A stretch of 64,000 nucleotides of DNA, taken from positions 20,770,001 through 20,834,000 of the forward strand of contig JBHGNT010000001.1 of the NCBI GenBank assembly GCA_043228905.1, written 5' to 3'. The position numbers and the translations under genes were made by a program. A model generated the notes under the pieces. It did not search any database. It saw nothing but the letters and a program-made list of their open reading frames with translations, and was not told the DNA's origin. Of this stretch, positions 21,401 through 31,965 are shown piece after piece (the first letter of the stretch is position 1; each line of letters begins with the position of its first letter). The DNA comes from Azolla caroliniana (Eukaryota > Plantae > Polypodiophyta).

Positions 21401-23821
21401 TTAGCACTCGAGGATCCGGCCGAAGACGGTGAAGACACAGAACCGGCCGAAGAAGATGAAAATGATACCGGAACCGGCCCCGATCCCGAAATGGTCTCGG
21501 ATGAAGAAGAATCGGAAGAACCGGTTACCGAAGCTCCGGAACGGAGATATCCTCTAAGAGAGAGAAGGGCCCCCCGGAGATTTCCGGAACCAGAGCACGT
21601 GCTGCTAACCGACGAGGGGGAGCCGGAGAGCTTTGAAGAAGCGAAGCATGACACCCAGAGCCGCAGGTGGTTGAGTGCCATGCAGGACGAGATGGATTCC
21701 CTGCATGAGAACCACACATATGAACTTGTGGAGTTGCCGAAGGGAAAGCGGGCACTTCGAAACAAGTGGGTGTTCAAGCTGAAACCGGGAGATGCCGGAA
21801 ACCCCCCGAGATACAAAGCCAGGATCGTGGTGAAGGGGTTTCAGCAAAAGAAGGGCGTCGACTTCGACGAGATATTTGCCCCGGTAGTGAAGATGACCTC
21901 CATCCGGACGGTGCTGAGCATAGCGGCAAGCATGGACCTCGAGGTAGAACAGATGGACGTGAAGACGGCATTCCTTCACGGCGACCTCGATGAAGAGATC
22001 TACATGCAGCAACCGGAAGGATTCGAGAAGGAAGGGAAGGAGCACCTGGTATGCCGGTTGAAGAAGAGCCTTTACGGACTGAAGCAGGCTCCCCGGCAAT
22101 GGTACCGGAAGTTCGACTCCTTCATGACCGACGAAGGGTACCTCAAAACGCAGTCCGACCACTGCGTGTTTGTGAAGGAGTTCGAAGGAGGAGACTCTCT
22201 AATACTCCTCCTGTACGTGGACGACATGTTGATCGTCGGACGGGACCAGGTCAAGATACGGATGCTGAAGAAGGCTCTTCACCGAACCTTCTCAATGAAG
22301 GACCTGGGTCCGGCGAGGCAAATACTAGGGATGCACATCATCCGGGACCGGAAGAAGAAGCAGTTGTGGCTGTCACAGGAGAAGTACGTGACGAAGGTGC
22401 TTCACCGGTTCAACATGTCGGAAGCAAGACCGGTCGGATCGACCCTCCCGACAAACTGCAAGCTGTCCAGCAAGCAAAGTCCCAAGACAAAGGCTGAGAA
22501 GGAGGATATGATGAAAGTGCCGTATGCCTCAGCCGTCGGGAGCTTGATGTACGCCATGGTGTGTACGAGACCGAACATCGGATATGCAGTCGGAGTGGTG
22601 AGCCGGTACATGAGCAATCCCGGCAAAGAGCATTGGAACGCGGCCAAGTGGATACTCCGATACCTGAAGGGCACGGCAAACGTGTGCCTCCGATTCGGCC
22701 CCGGTAAACCCGAACTCGACGGTTTCACCGATTCGGATATGTCGGCTGATGCAGATACCAGCCGGTCCACATCAGGGTATGTGATGACGTATGCAGGGGG
22801 AGCTGTTTCGTGGCAGTCGAGGCTGCAGAAGACGGTTGCGTTGTCAACCACGGAGGCGGAGTACATGGCAGCTGTTGAAGCCGGCAAGGAAATAATATGG
22901 ATGAAGGACTTCATTAGAGAGCTCGGTATCCGGCAAGAGGAGTACCAACTCTACTGCGACAGTCAGAGTGCCATCCACCTTGCGAAGAACGCAGCCTATC
23001 ACTCCCGGACGAAACACATCCAGCGTAGATACCACTGGATCCGGGAAAGGATAGAAGACAAGGAGTTCGTGCTGACAAAGATCCACACGGACGAGAACGG
23101 GTCGGATATGCTGACCAAGGTGCTCACACCCGACAAGCTGGAAGCATGCCGGAAGAGGATCGGATTGGAAAGACATCCCATGCCGAAGTGAAGGGGGAGT
23201 TTGTTGGGATTTCGGTCCCTTTCGGATGGGATGGTCGGATATCGGAGATGAATGCCGACAAGCCCGGTTTCGGTTTCGGATCCGGATGACGAAGACCCCG
23301 GCTTCGGTGCCGGATGACGAATGTACCCGGAGAGCGATCCGGATGCAGGGACATATCCGTGAATATGTTCGCTACGAGCCCCCTGAGGCTATAGTTGTAA
23401 ATAGCCCAAAGTCATATAAGTATAAATATGACTTAGGGCAAACAGTTTTCCTGTTGCTTCTCATTTTTCTGTTTTTCCACTTTGGAGGAGTGAAGAGAGA
23501 GCAGCCGTGAGAGAGAGAAAGAGAGAGAGCGCGAGAGAGAAAGAGGTAGACGCCTCTGTGTATTTCCGCCGCCTGTGGCGAGGACAGCGAGCTCAAGGTC
23601 GTCGCCTTGGAGCTCGTCATTGTATACTTCTCTGTATAGTGTTGTTTGGAGTCTTGTACTCCCGTGGTTTTTCCCCGTTTAGGGTTTTCCACGTTAATCC
23701 TTGTGTACTCGCGTTTCTTCGTTTTGTTTCTACGTGTGTTTCCTATTTTCTGCTCCATTGATCCGCGATTAATCGGTTGTGGCCGAGATAAGAAGGTGGA
23801 TAGAAGGGTCTATTCCTTACA
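18469..23821 (+). mobile_element. Intact young Ty1/copia element, 620-bp LTRs (18469-19088, 23202-23821), TSD TTTAC
   Basis: TTTAC at 18464-18468 and 23822-23826; PBS TGGTATCAGAGC 19092-19103; PPT 23190-23199; LTRs look identical by eye and give identical ORF-track translations. Confidence 0.98.
19118..23191 (+). CDS. Ty1/copia Gag-Pol polyprotein (1357 aa; gag, CCHC, PR, IN, RT, RNase H)
   Basis: Single uninterrupted ORF from the first ATG after the PBS; CFHCGKPGHFRKNC, WVVDSGAS, HKRLCH..CTDC, DDE core, YVDD, RNase H. Confidence 0.97.
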   Translation: MEGGGSGQPMMMVLNAQNYADWKIKMEDLLIVRDLYEPIDRSEIPKGVLESEWKLLNRKAVATIRQYVDVSVLQHVANDTNAYEMWKKLSGLYERKNALNRTSLMRKIVNLKYRDGESMVEHVSTFMGFVNQLAAIKFPLEDAMQAIILMCTLPESWENLVVTLSTSCTEDNLSLQTVKTSILNEEARRRDKEPASDPKMLFTESDRGRQWNRSPQRREKSGTRSQSRGRPTCFHCGKPGHFRKNCRHYRKDNGADDTDSKKSPERNGAYRGATDRRGSDRRGQDRKGTTALAASEEEIMLITEEGELNVAGDETTWVVDSGASFHLTPERRYFSSYTAGEHGCVRMGNEGTCRIAGIGDVWLTTPTGCKMLLKDVRHVPEVRLNLISAGRLDDEGYTGSIRNGVMKFSKGSLIVVRARKVNTLYLMNARLCPEELNVAADTAGELWHKRLCHMSEKGMKRLAEDNLIPVKHVHLEKCTDCLAGKQNRTSFHSRPPTRRSAPLELVHTDVCQVETKSHGGAQYFVTFIDDHSRKLWTAPMKTKDQVLSVFKELHARVERESGKKLKAIRADNGGEYRGQFQEYCRSKGIRLEFTVPKTPELNGLAERMNRTIMERVRSMLAHAKLPKGFWAEAMSTATYVINRSPSVPLDGDTPQKVWTGKEVSYRHLKVFGCLAYVHVAKDRRGKLDPKTRPCIFLGYGDDEFGYRVWDPVDKKIFRSRDIIFMENKTLADWESEKKMKSSKSTGEDQLYEEQSRPARDRLALEDPAEDGEDTEPAEEDENDTGTGPDPEMVSDEEESEEPVTEAPERRYPLRERRAPRRFPEPEHVLLTDEGEPESFEEAKHDTQSRRWLSAMQDEMDSLHENHTYELVELPKGKRALRNKWVFKLKPGDAGNPPRYKARIVVKGFQQKKGVDFDEIFAPVVKMTSIRTVLSIAASMDLEVEQMDVKTAFLHGDLDEEIYMQQPEGFEKEGKEHLVCRLKKSLYGLKQAPRQWYRKFDSFMTDEGYLKTQSDHCVFVKEFEGGDSLILLLYVDDMLIVGRDQVKIRMLKKALHRTFSMKDLGPARQILGMHIIRDRKKKQLWLSQEKYVTKVLHRFNMSEARPVGSTLPTNCKLSSKQSPKTKAEKEDMMKVPYASAVGSLMYAMVCTRPNIGYAVGVVSRYMSNPGKEHWNAAKWILRYLKGTANVCLRFGPGKPELDGFTDSDMSADADTSRSTSGYVMTYAGGAVSWQSRLQKTVALSTTEAEYMAAVEAGKEIIWMKDFIRELGIRQEEYQLYCDSQSAIHLAKNAAYHSRTKHIQRRYHWIRERIEDKEFVLTKIHTDENGSDMLTKVLTPDKLEACRKRIGLERHPMPK

Positions 23822-24106
23822 TTTACGAATATGTCTTTTCCTCTGGTTCACACCGGGCCTGCACCATCCGGCTCTCCGTAGCCGGGTACTCCTCATCCGG
23901 TTCACACCGGGCCTGTCCGTAGTTGGGTACTCCTCATCCGGTTCACACCGGGCCTGCACCATCCGGCTCTCCGTAGCCGGGTACTCCTCATCCGGTTCAC
24001 ACTGGGTCTGTATCATCCGGCTCTCCGTAGCTAGGTACTCCTCATACGGTCTTCGACACTGATCTTCTCCCTTCCCATCCGGAGGGACCTGTCTCCCAAC
24101 ACTAGT

Positions 24107-27100
24107 TTCAAGCAGGTGGTGGAACCAGGAATCCATGAGCATGTCATAGAGATCCAAAACGAGCACGCAACTTGGGCGAAGTTCGAGAAGGTGCTTCTTG
24201 CTGAAAACATGCTTGAAGATGCATCACAGATGACTCAACATACGTTAATGATTTGGATCGAGAAGAAAGGAAAGAATTTGTGTGCATTGGGAGTATATGC
24301 GGAATTCGACTAGATGTACAACCGACTTCCAAGTTCTCGATGGAGATAAAGTCATGTTATCCCTGAAGGCGGTGGATACAAAAGACTGGCGAGAATTGGG
24401 TGGTTTTTTGGAGGACGAAACGCAACCAAATGGCTTGGTAGCGGACTAGGCGGAGGTGCAGAAGGCTTGTAGCCGTCTTGATAAGCGTCGACAATGGCAA
24501 GAGGAAACTGATATGGAGAATCTACAAACATGGAGGAGGAAGGCACCGGTGACGGTCAAGCCTAACAAGCCGATCAACAATTTCGGCAAGAAAGCGATGG
24601 AGGACTCTATAATCGAAGAGCTCTCCAAGAAATTTGAAGTGGTATCGCTGGCCAACTTAGGTCGATGCGGGCCCAAGGGAAAATAAGCATATAGATGTGT
24701 GTGGTGCGACAGCTTTGAGCACTCACGAAGGGAATGCGTGGACTTGCAAGACGCGATTCACAAGAATGTCGTCTATTTGGATGGAAACATGATCCACTCA
24801 AGTGAGACTAGGAAGCCACTACAAGTGAACTTCAGAAGAGGCGGGCTGAAAAAGATTGTAGAAGAGGAAAATGCAAGGCATGTGGAACCTGTGCACTATG
24901 CCACATCGACCGGGATACGAGTTGGAAAAGAAAATCTAAAGACGATCAAGCCAGAAGCTGGGTTTTCGCCGACGATCTTTGAGTGTGAGAAAAAAGGCAA
25001 AATCGATTCGGAGGATTTAAAACTTGTTGATCGGAATGTGCGATGAGTTACCGGATGGTCAGATCCAGTCGATGATAACACAAGCTTTGCGGAGGTAGAG
25101 TGCGACAACTATGAAGCTCTTGTCGAAGAGAAGAGGAAACGAACCGGTGAAGAAGATGGCACATCAAAGTGTCCCAACACGAGGAACTCAGGGAAAGAAG
25201 GGCAAGTCCAACCTACGCCACGAAAAGAGGTTGGAGAAACAAGCATGAAGCCCGGTGGATCGAGCCAACCTGCTCGGATGGAAGTCGAAGAATCAACGAA
25301 GAAAGGAAAAGAACGAGTGGCGTTGACTTACAAGCTAAGGTCGGATATAAAACAAACAACTGATTTGCAAAAGGTCCTTGAGGAGAAAGTTTTAGACAGT
25401 CATGTCGACCTTACTTTGAGAGAACTACTTGGGATTGCGAAGAAGGAGTTCCATGATACTATCGTGGACCTTATTAAGCAGAATCGGCAACAATCTGATG
25501 AAGAGGAGGTGAAAACAAGTGCCATAACCATGGCAATATCGGAAGAGGAAGAAGAAGAAGTGGTGGCGGATAGCCATTACTCTCGAGTTCATTGGGCAAG
25601 AGCGACAATGGAGACGCTGGTGAAGATCGGGGAGAAGAAAGAGACCGTAGTAGCCTTGATTGACCATGGCTCAGAGATCAACCTCATGTCGACCGAGTTC
25701 TACAAGAAAGGAAGATGGTCGATTAATAAAAACCATGGATGGAAGATTCGAGCGGCGACAAAGTCTATGGAGGACTTGTACGGAGCTTACCCCAACATTA
25801 AAGTCACGATCGGGGATGTGGAGATTGATCAACACTTCTTCGTGCAAGACTCGGCTTCGCATCCTATCATCCTAGGACAACCGTATATAACATCGTCTCG
25901 GATGGAGACCAAGGTGTTCGATAAAGGAGCAGACTTCGCGTGCGTCAAGAGTCTTGATAGTAAAAGATTTGTTCAATTCCTAACGGTGCGAGCTAATCAC
26001 GAAAGGAACTGAGATAGCCTTGGAGGGGAATCCTCGGATTTTTAAAGCGGACTATTGAAGCATGGGGCACAAATAGTCCGAGCAATCATAAGTCCCCACA
26101 AGGAAGCAGAGTGCGTGGATTGCAAGGAGAAGCAACATGCGTCACACCTAGCGGCGCATGCAAACTAAGACTACTCAACAAGAAGGAAAAGTGTCGGATA
26201 CAAGACTTCGAGAAGGTGCTACAAGACGAAAGCATAATCGAAGAAGAAGAATTTGTGTCTCATATTCTGGAGGAAGCCTCATTTAATGACACCATCGACG
26301 AAATCGAGGAAGTCGTGGACTTGAGCTATCCTCACCATCAACATGTGATTTCGGTTAACTCCGTCAACATGTACACTATCATCGATGAATATCATCGAAG
26401 CATCTTGATGAAGGAAACCGAAGTCAACACAAAATATAAAACCGTGGATAGGAAGATCAAGCCAGTTGCAGTACCACTACCGGAAGATAGCTGGCAAAAG
26501 ATGAAGGAAGTTGCAAAAGATCCAAGCTTAAGGAATCCAAATACAATTGGTCACATCTTCACTAAAGAGACGAAGGGAAAGCTACGAGTTGGAAGGGAGG
26601 ATTTGCTCCTTCCTGAAGAGGAGTGAATGTTCAGCAGAATGCTTGAAAGACATGGGAAGGCTTTCGTACTTTTCCCACATGAAATCGGATGTGCTAATCC
26701 AAGGACGGTAGAACCGATGGTGATCTTCACGGTGCCGCATGTGCCTTGGAATTTGAAACCGATATTGGTTCTGAGAGCACACCTACCAAAGCTGATCGAG
26801 CTCTTAAAGGAGAAGGTGAATATGGGAATTTTGGAACCGCCGAACACTCCTTATTCTAATAGGTGGTTCACGGTGCCGAAGAAGAATGGATCGTTGTGAT
26901 TCATCCAAGATCTCCAACCCGTCAACAAGGTGACAATCCGAAATGCCGGAATTGGTCCAAGCATGGATGAATTTGTCGAAGCCTTCGTAGGAAGATCGAT
27001 CTATTCCATTGGTGATCTCTACTCGGGCTATGACCAGTTTCAGTTGGTTGTCGATAGTAGAGACATAACGACAATGCGGACACCGATCGGGTTGGTGCAG

Positions 27101-29458
27101 ATGTCAAGGTGCAACGAATTCGGTGGCCCATATGGTGAATGCCATGAACAAGGTCTTGAAGGATTGCATCCCAGGCATCACAATGTCATTCTTGGATGAC
27201 ATTCTGATAAAAGGATGTTCAGATGAGGAGAAGGATGAATCAAAAGATAAGGATGGATGCAGAAAGTTCGTCGTGGATGCAGAAAGTTCGTCGAGAAGGT
27301 GCTCCAAAGGCTCAAAGATGTGAATTTGACATTTTTGGGAGAAAAAACCGCATTCGGGCAATCAGAGATCTTGGTGGTAGGTCACTTGTCAGGAGCATAC
27401 GGTCGGAATCCTTCACCATCCAAGGTGAATGCGATCCAGGACATGAAAGAAGAATGTGTAACCCAAACGGAGGTTCGTAGGTTCCTTGGAGCATGCGTGT
27501 TTTATCATATTTGGATTCCACACTACGCTCACATTGTTGAAGCGGCAGTTCGAATGGACAAGTGAGCATACTATCGCCATCTAAAGGTTGAAGAAATTAT
27601 TGATGGAGGTACCTACATTATGGAAGGCAGACTATTCAAACGGGAAGACCATTTTCGTGATCGTGGATACTAGTCCAACCAGAATCGGATGGGCTATCAA
27701 CCAAGAAGATGAAGATTGCAACCGATATGCAATTCGGTTTGACGCAAAAGGGTTAAGTGATAGGCAAAGAAGGTATACCCAAGTGAAGAGGGAGCTATGG
27801 GGAATCGTTTCGGCGATCAAGTCTGATCGTGACTACCTTATTGGAGCAGAAGTCATAATTGAGACAGATTGCCTACCAAATTTGGGTATCATATCTAGTT
27901 GTAATACACTAGATATTGCCATGTTGCGCTAGATTGCATATATCATCAAATCACTCAACCCGGAGATCCATCATGTAGCTGGGAAGCGTAATGTCATTGC
28001 AGACATCTATCACGAGCGAGATACGACGGAGAGGAAGATCGACATTCTGATGAAGAGGATGTTGGCTTGGATTTCTTTACAAGTTCCTACGCTCGGGTGT
28101 TGACTACTTCCATAGAAGGGGACTACGAAGGTGAATTTGTGGAGATTGGGAAATACTTGAGTTCTCTCCAAAAAGATGAATCATGGTCAATGGAAGACTT
28201 CCATCGAATTCGTAAGAAGGCGTAAAAGTATTTCCTTAAGGATGGAGCTCTTTGGAGGCATGCAAAAAAGAAGAATGGGACTCCAAAGAGAGTTGTTTGC
28301 AAGCTAGAGGATCAACAAAAACTAATGTCTGAATTTCATGATAGTGTTTTTGCAGGCCATCGAGGAATATGGGCTACGTTCGCGAAGCTCAAGGAGAAAT
28401 ATTGGTGGTTGGGCATCTACAAAGATGTAGCAGCTTATGTGGAAACATGTAAGGAATATCTGATGTTTTCGAATATTCGCCATCGAGATGAACTTCATCC
28501 GACTTACCCGTTGGCTATGCATTACAAGTGGATGGTGGACATCGTAATGATGCCAATGGGGCGACGACAGATGAAGTATCTTGTGCTTGCAAGAGAGGAT
28601 CTTATCAATCAAGTTGAAGGGTGAGCATTGAGAACTAAGGAGACATCATCAGTATGCAGATTCCTTCTTGAAGATGTTATTTGCAGATATGGATGCGTTG
28701 GCAAGATAGTGGCTGATAGAGGCGAGCTAGATGCCAATGAAGCTAGAGAATTCTTCTCTAGGATGGGAATCAAATTATCTCTTACCACTGCGTATAATCT
28801 GGAAGCAAATGGGAAAGTGGAACGTGGCCATGGATCGATTGTGAAGGCTCTAGTGAAAGCTAGCCATGGGAAAATAAGAGAATGGCCGCGACTATTGTCA
28901 TTTCCACTATGGGTTGAAAGGACTACTCACAGCATGGTGACGGGATACATGCCAGCAGAGCTCATATTCGAACAAAATCCGACAATGCCAATAGAACAAA
29001 GTATTGTTTCATGGTTTGCATTGCCATGGCAAGATGAGATAAGTAGAGAAGATCTTCTCGCATTGAGGATTCGACAGTTGGAGTAGAAGTTGGAAGATAT
29101 AGATGTGGCTAAAGAGCGGCTCAAGAATGCAAGGTTGAAGAACAAGAAATACTTCGACAAATGACATCGACTTCGTCCGAGGAAAATTGTTGAAGGAGAT
29201 TGGGTGTTGGTCTATGACAGTAGCCTAGACAACCAACATAGTACGGCTCGAAAATTTTCACAACGATGGTTTGGACCATATGTGGTGAAGAAACTGGAAG
29301 ATAATGCAACATATCGTTTAGCAGAAGTAGATTGTACACCACTTGCCTTGCCAATTTCTAGAAAAAGAATCAAGATCTTTAAGAGAAGAGATAGAATAGA
29401 AATCGGATTCGAAGCTTTCGACGATTCTATCTTGGGCATCAACGAAAAAGTAAAGTAA
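24107..29458 (+). pseudogene. gag-protease (to 26045) and RT-RNase H-integrase (from ~26042) of the gypsy element 12024-31712
   Basis: CVWCDSFEHSRREC, ALIDHGSEIN, YSNRWFTVPKKNG, DLYSGYDQ, FLDDILIKG, VDTSP..KRELWG, WFGPYVV; many premature stops. Confidence 0.9.
26036..26098 (+). promoter_or_regulatory. Putative -1 programmed ribosomal frameshift signal (G_GAT_TTT_TAA plus pseudoknot)
   Basis: Heptamer 26036-26042 in the protease frame just before its TAA; -1 frame is open into the RT-side ORF; 9-bp stem 26048-26056/26072-26080; TGGGG 26063-26067 pairs with CCCCA 26094-26098. Confidence 0.75.
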
Positions 29459-29979
29459 TCAAAAGTGGAGCCTCACCAAAATTGGCACATACCAGTGGAT
29501 GTGCAGGTTTGGTGGGGGTGAATGTCGTGTGATTCTTCACACACTATGTAAAAAATAATAAAATAATAATTTTAGATTAGATTAATGGCTTGATATGGGA
29601 AGATAGATGTCTTCAAGAGCTTAATAACGCATTTTACTACACATGAAACGGATAAATACGTATTAAATTATGTGAATATGAAGTTGAGAGTATAAGGAAA
29701 ATAGAATTGTGAAATATCCCACATAGATAGGAAACTTTAGGATCCATCTATATAAGCAGATTGAGAACTATTAGTTTTCATCTATGTGTTGAGAGCACAA
29801 AAGGAATGGTTAGACTTGGACCAATTTGTCTACATGGACAAATGTAGCTAAGGAAACCAGAAACTAGAAACCGGATGGAGCTGGTGATTGGATAGAACCG
29901 GCAATCAGAAACCGGATGGAGCTGGCAACTAGAAACCGGAAACCGGACGGAGTTGGCAACAAAGTTGGGAACTGGAACC

Positions 29980-30777
29980 TGTTGGGAGACAGGTCCCTCC
30001 GGATGGGAAGGGAGAAGAACGGTGCAGACCTGGTGAGAACCGGATGAGGAGTCCCCGGCTACGGAGAGCCAGATGGTGCAGACCCGGTGAGAACTGGATG
30101 AGGAGTACCCGGCTACGGAAAGCCGGATGGTGCAGACCCGGTGAGAACTGGATGAGGAGTACCCGGTTACAGAGAGTCGGATGGTGCAGACCCGGTGAGA
30201 ACCGGATAAGGAGTACCCGGTTACGGAGAGCCGGATGGTGCAGACCCGGTGAGAACCGGATGAGGAGTACCCGGCTACGGAGAGTCGGATGGTGCAGACC
30301 CGGTGAGGAATGCTCACCGGATGAAGAGAAATATTCGTAAATATGTTTCTGAGATTCCATCGAGGCTATATTTGTAAATAGCCGAAAAGTCATATTAGTA
30401 TAAATATGACTTAGGGCAAACTTTTAGGTTACTGTTGGTTGTTGTCATATTCTTGTTGGTGCAAGAAAAGAGAGAGTGTGTAACAGTGTACAGAGAGAGA
30501 GACAAAGAGGTCGTTGCCTCTGTTGTAAGCGCCGCCTGTGGTGAGAATCGTGAGCACGAGGTCGTTGTCTCCGTGAACTCACTGTTGTACATTCTAGCAT
30601 AGTGATAGTTTGCAGCCTGTGGGCTGCCGTGGTTTTTCCCTCTTTGGTTTTTCCACGTAAACATCCTGTGCACTCGTTTCTTCTTCGTGTCGTGTTTTAT
30701 TTCCCGTTTTTTTTTGTATGATTCTAAGCTCGGTTGTGGCCGAGCGTTGTGCATAAGGAGCGTTTGAGTTCCTGTCA
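29980..30777 (+). mobile_element. Solo copia LTR inserted in the gypsy 3' LTR
   Basis: Reverse-complement match to LTR 13248-13924; TG...CA; flanks GAACC/GAACT; about 5 copies of a 54-bp repeat. Confidence 0.9.
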
Positions 30778-31086
30778 GAACTGACAACCGACGATCAATC
30801 AGACGGAGTCGGCAATCGGCAATCGGACGGAGGCGGCAATCGACAACTGGACGATGATGGACTGGCAATCGGACGGAGCCAGAGATGAAGTAGGGAACCG
30901 AAACCGGATGACGACGGAACTGGCAACCGGCGGCAATCGAAAGGAGCCGGCAATCGACAACTGTACGGCCACGGAACAAAAACCGGATGTGGACCAGACA
31001 GATCGGATGGGGGACGGTTGAGATGGACGGATGATAGGATCATGCGGCGAATTAAAGTAAAATAAAGTAAAGGTCATGTGGAAGGC

Positions 31087-31285
31087 ATGCAACTAAAGGT
31101 AGAGGTCATGCAACTAAAAGTAAAGGCGAAGAAACTAAAAATGGAGGCCATGCAACTAAAAGTAAAGGCGAAGCAACTAAAAAAGGAGGCCATCCAACTA
31201 AAAGTAAAGGTGAAGCAACTAAAAAAGAAGGCCATGCAACTAAAAATAAAGGCCAAGCAACTAAAAATGGAGGCCAGGCAACAAA
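31087..31285. repeat. 21-bp tandem repeat in gypsy 3' LTR
   Basis: About 9 imperfect copies of GCAACTAAAAGTAAAGGC-NNN. Confidence 0.85.
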
Positions 31286-31965
31286 AAGTGGACGCGTGCA
31301 AAGGAACATGGGAGACGATGATCAAGAAGGAACTCGATATATGTACCACTTTTTTTTTCTCTAGTTTCGTCTTTCTTTTCTTGGAGGGGGGGGGGGGGGG
31401 CATTCTCTTCTGCTCCCTCCCATTCCTTGCGGAAAAAACTCTAAGCCTAATTATCTTAGAGAAGAAAGTCCTAATTTTCCTATGAAATCCATATCTCCGT
31501 TTCTTCTATTCTATTAATCTCCGTAAGTTTAAACTTTTGTAATCCCAATCTTGGGATAGATTGTAATCTTTCTTTCCCTTTGTTAATGAAATTTGTCAAT
31601 CTTTCTCATTTCCATTAATTCTTTAATATAAACATACGAATTTGATATCTTCCGGTCGGAGGTCCTGGGGTCCTGCTTCAAGTTCACGTATCGTTGTCGT
31701 ATTTTCGCGACTCCGGAAAGCTTTGAAGAAGTTAAACACGATACCCATAGCCGAAGTGGTTAAGTGTCATGCAAGAGGAGATGGATTCCTTGCGTGAGAA
31801 CCACACATACGAATTGACCGAGTTGCCAAAAGGGAAGAAGGCACTACGAAATAAGTGGGTATACAAACTTAAGTCAAGAGATGGCGGAAATCCACCTAGA
31901 TGTCACGAACAGGTGGAATGAGGCTAAGTACTAAGAGAGAGCGAGAGCATAAGCAAGATCACAAG

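Larger units (their letters stand above)
13248..24101 (-). mobile_element. Full-length Ty1/copia element (TNT1/Tork-like), 5-bp TSD CTAGT; 3' LTR 13248-13924, 5' LTR 18025-24101 (interrupted)
   Basis: CTAGT at 13243-13247 and 24102-24106; PBS Met-i 18011-18022; PPT 13925-13937; near-identical LTRs. Confidence 0.97.
12024..31712 (+). mobile_element. Full-domain but degenerate Ty3/gypsy element (Trp-primed family); partial 5' LTR 12024-12966, 3' LTR 29523-31712
   Basis: LTR pair similarity, PBS-Trp 12971-12988, gag starting ~13020 and resuming at 24107, PR-RT-RH-IN order, PPT 29511-29522, right flank CCGG. Confidence 0.9.

Noticed and set aside
29778-30393. Repetitive ORFs and CRISPR-like periodicity
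   Set aside because: Head-to-tail 54-bp tandem repeat in a copia LTR with no unique spacers; eukaryotic context
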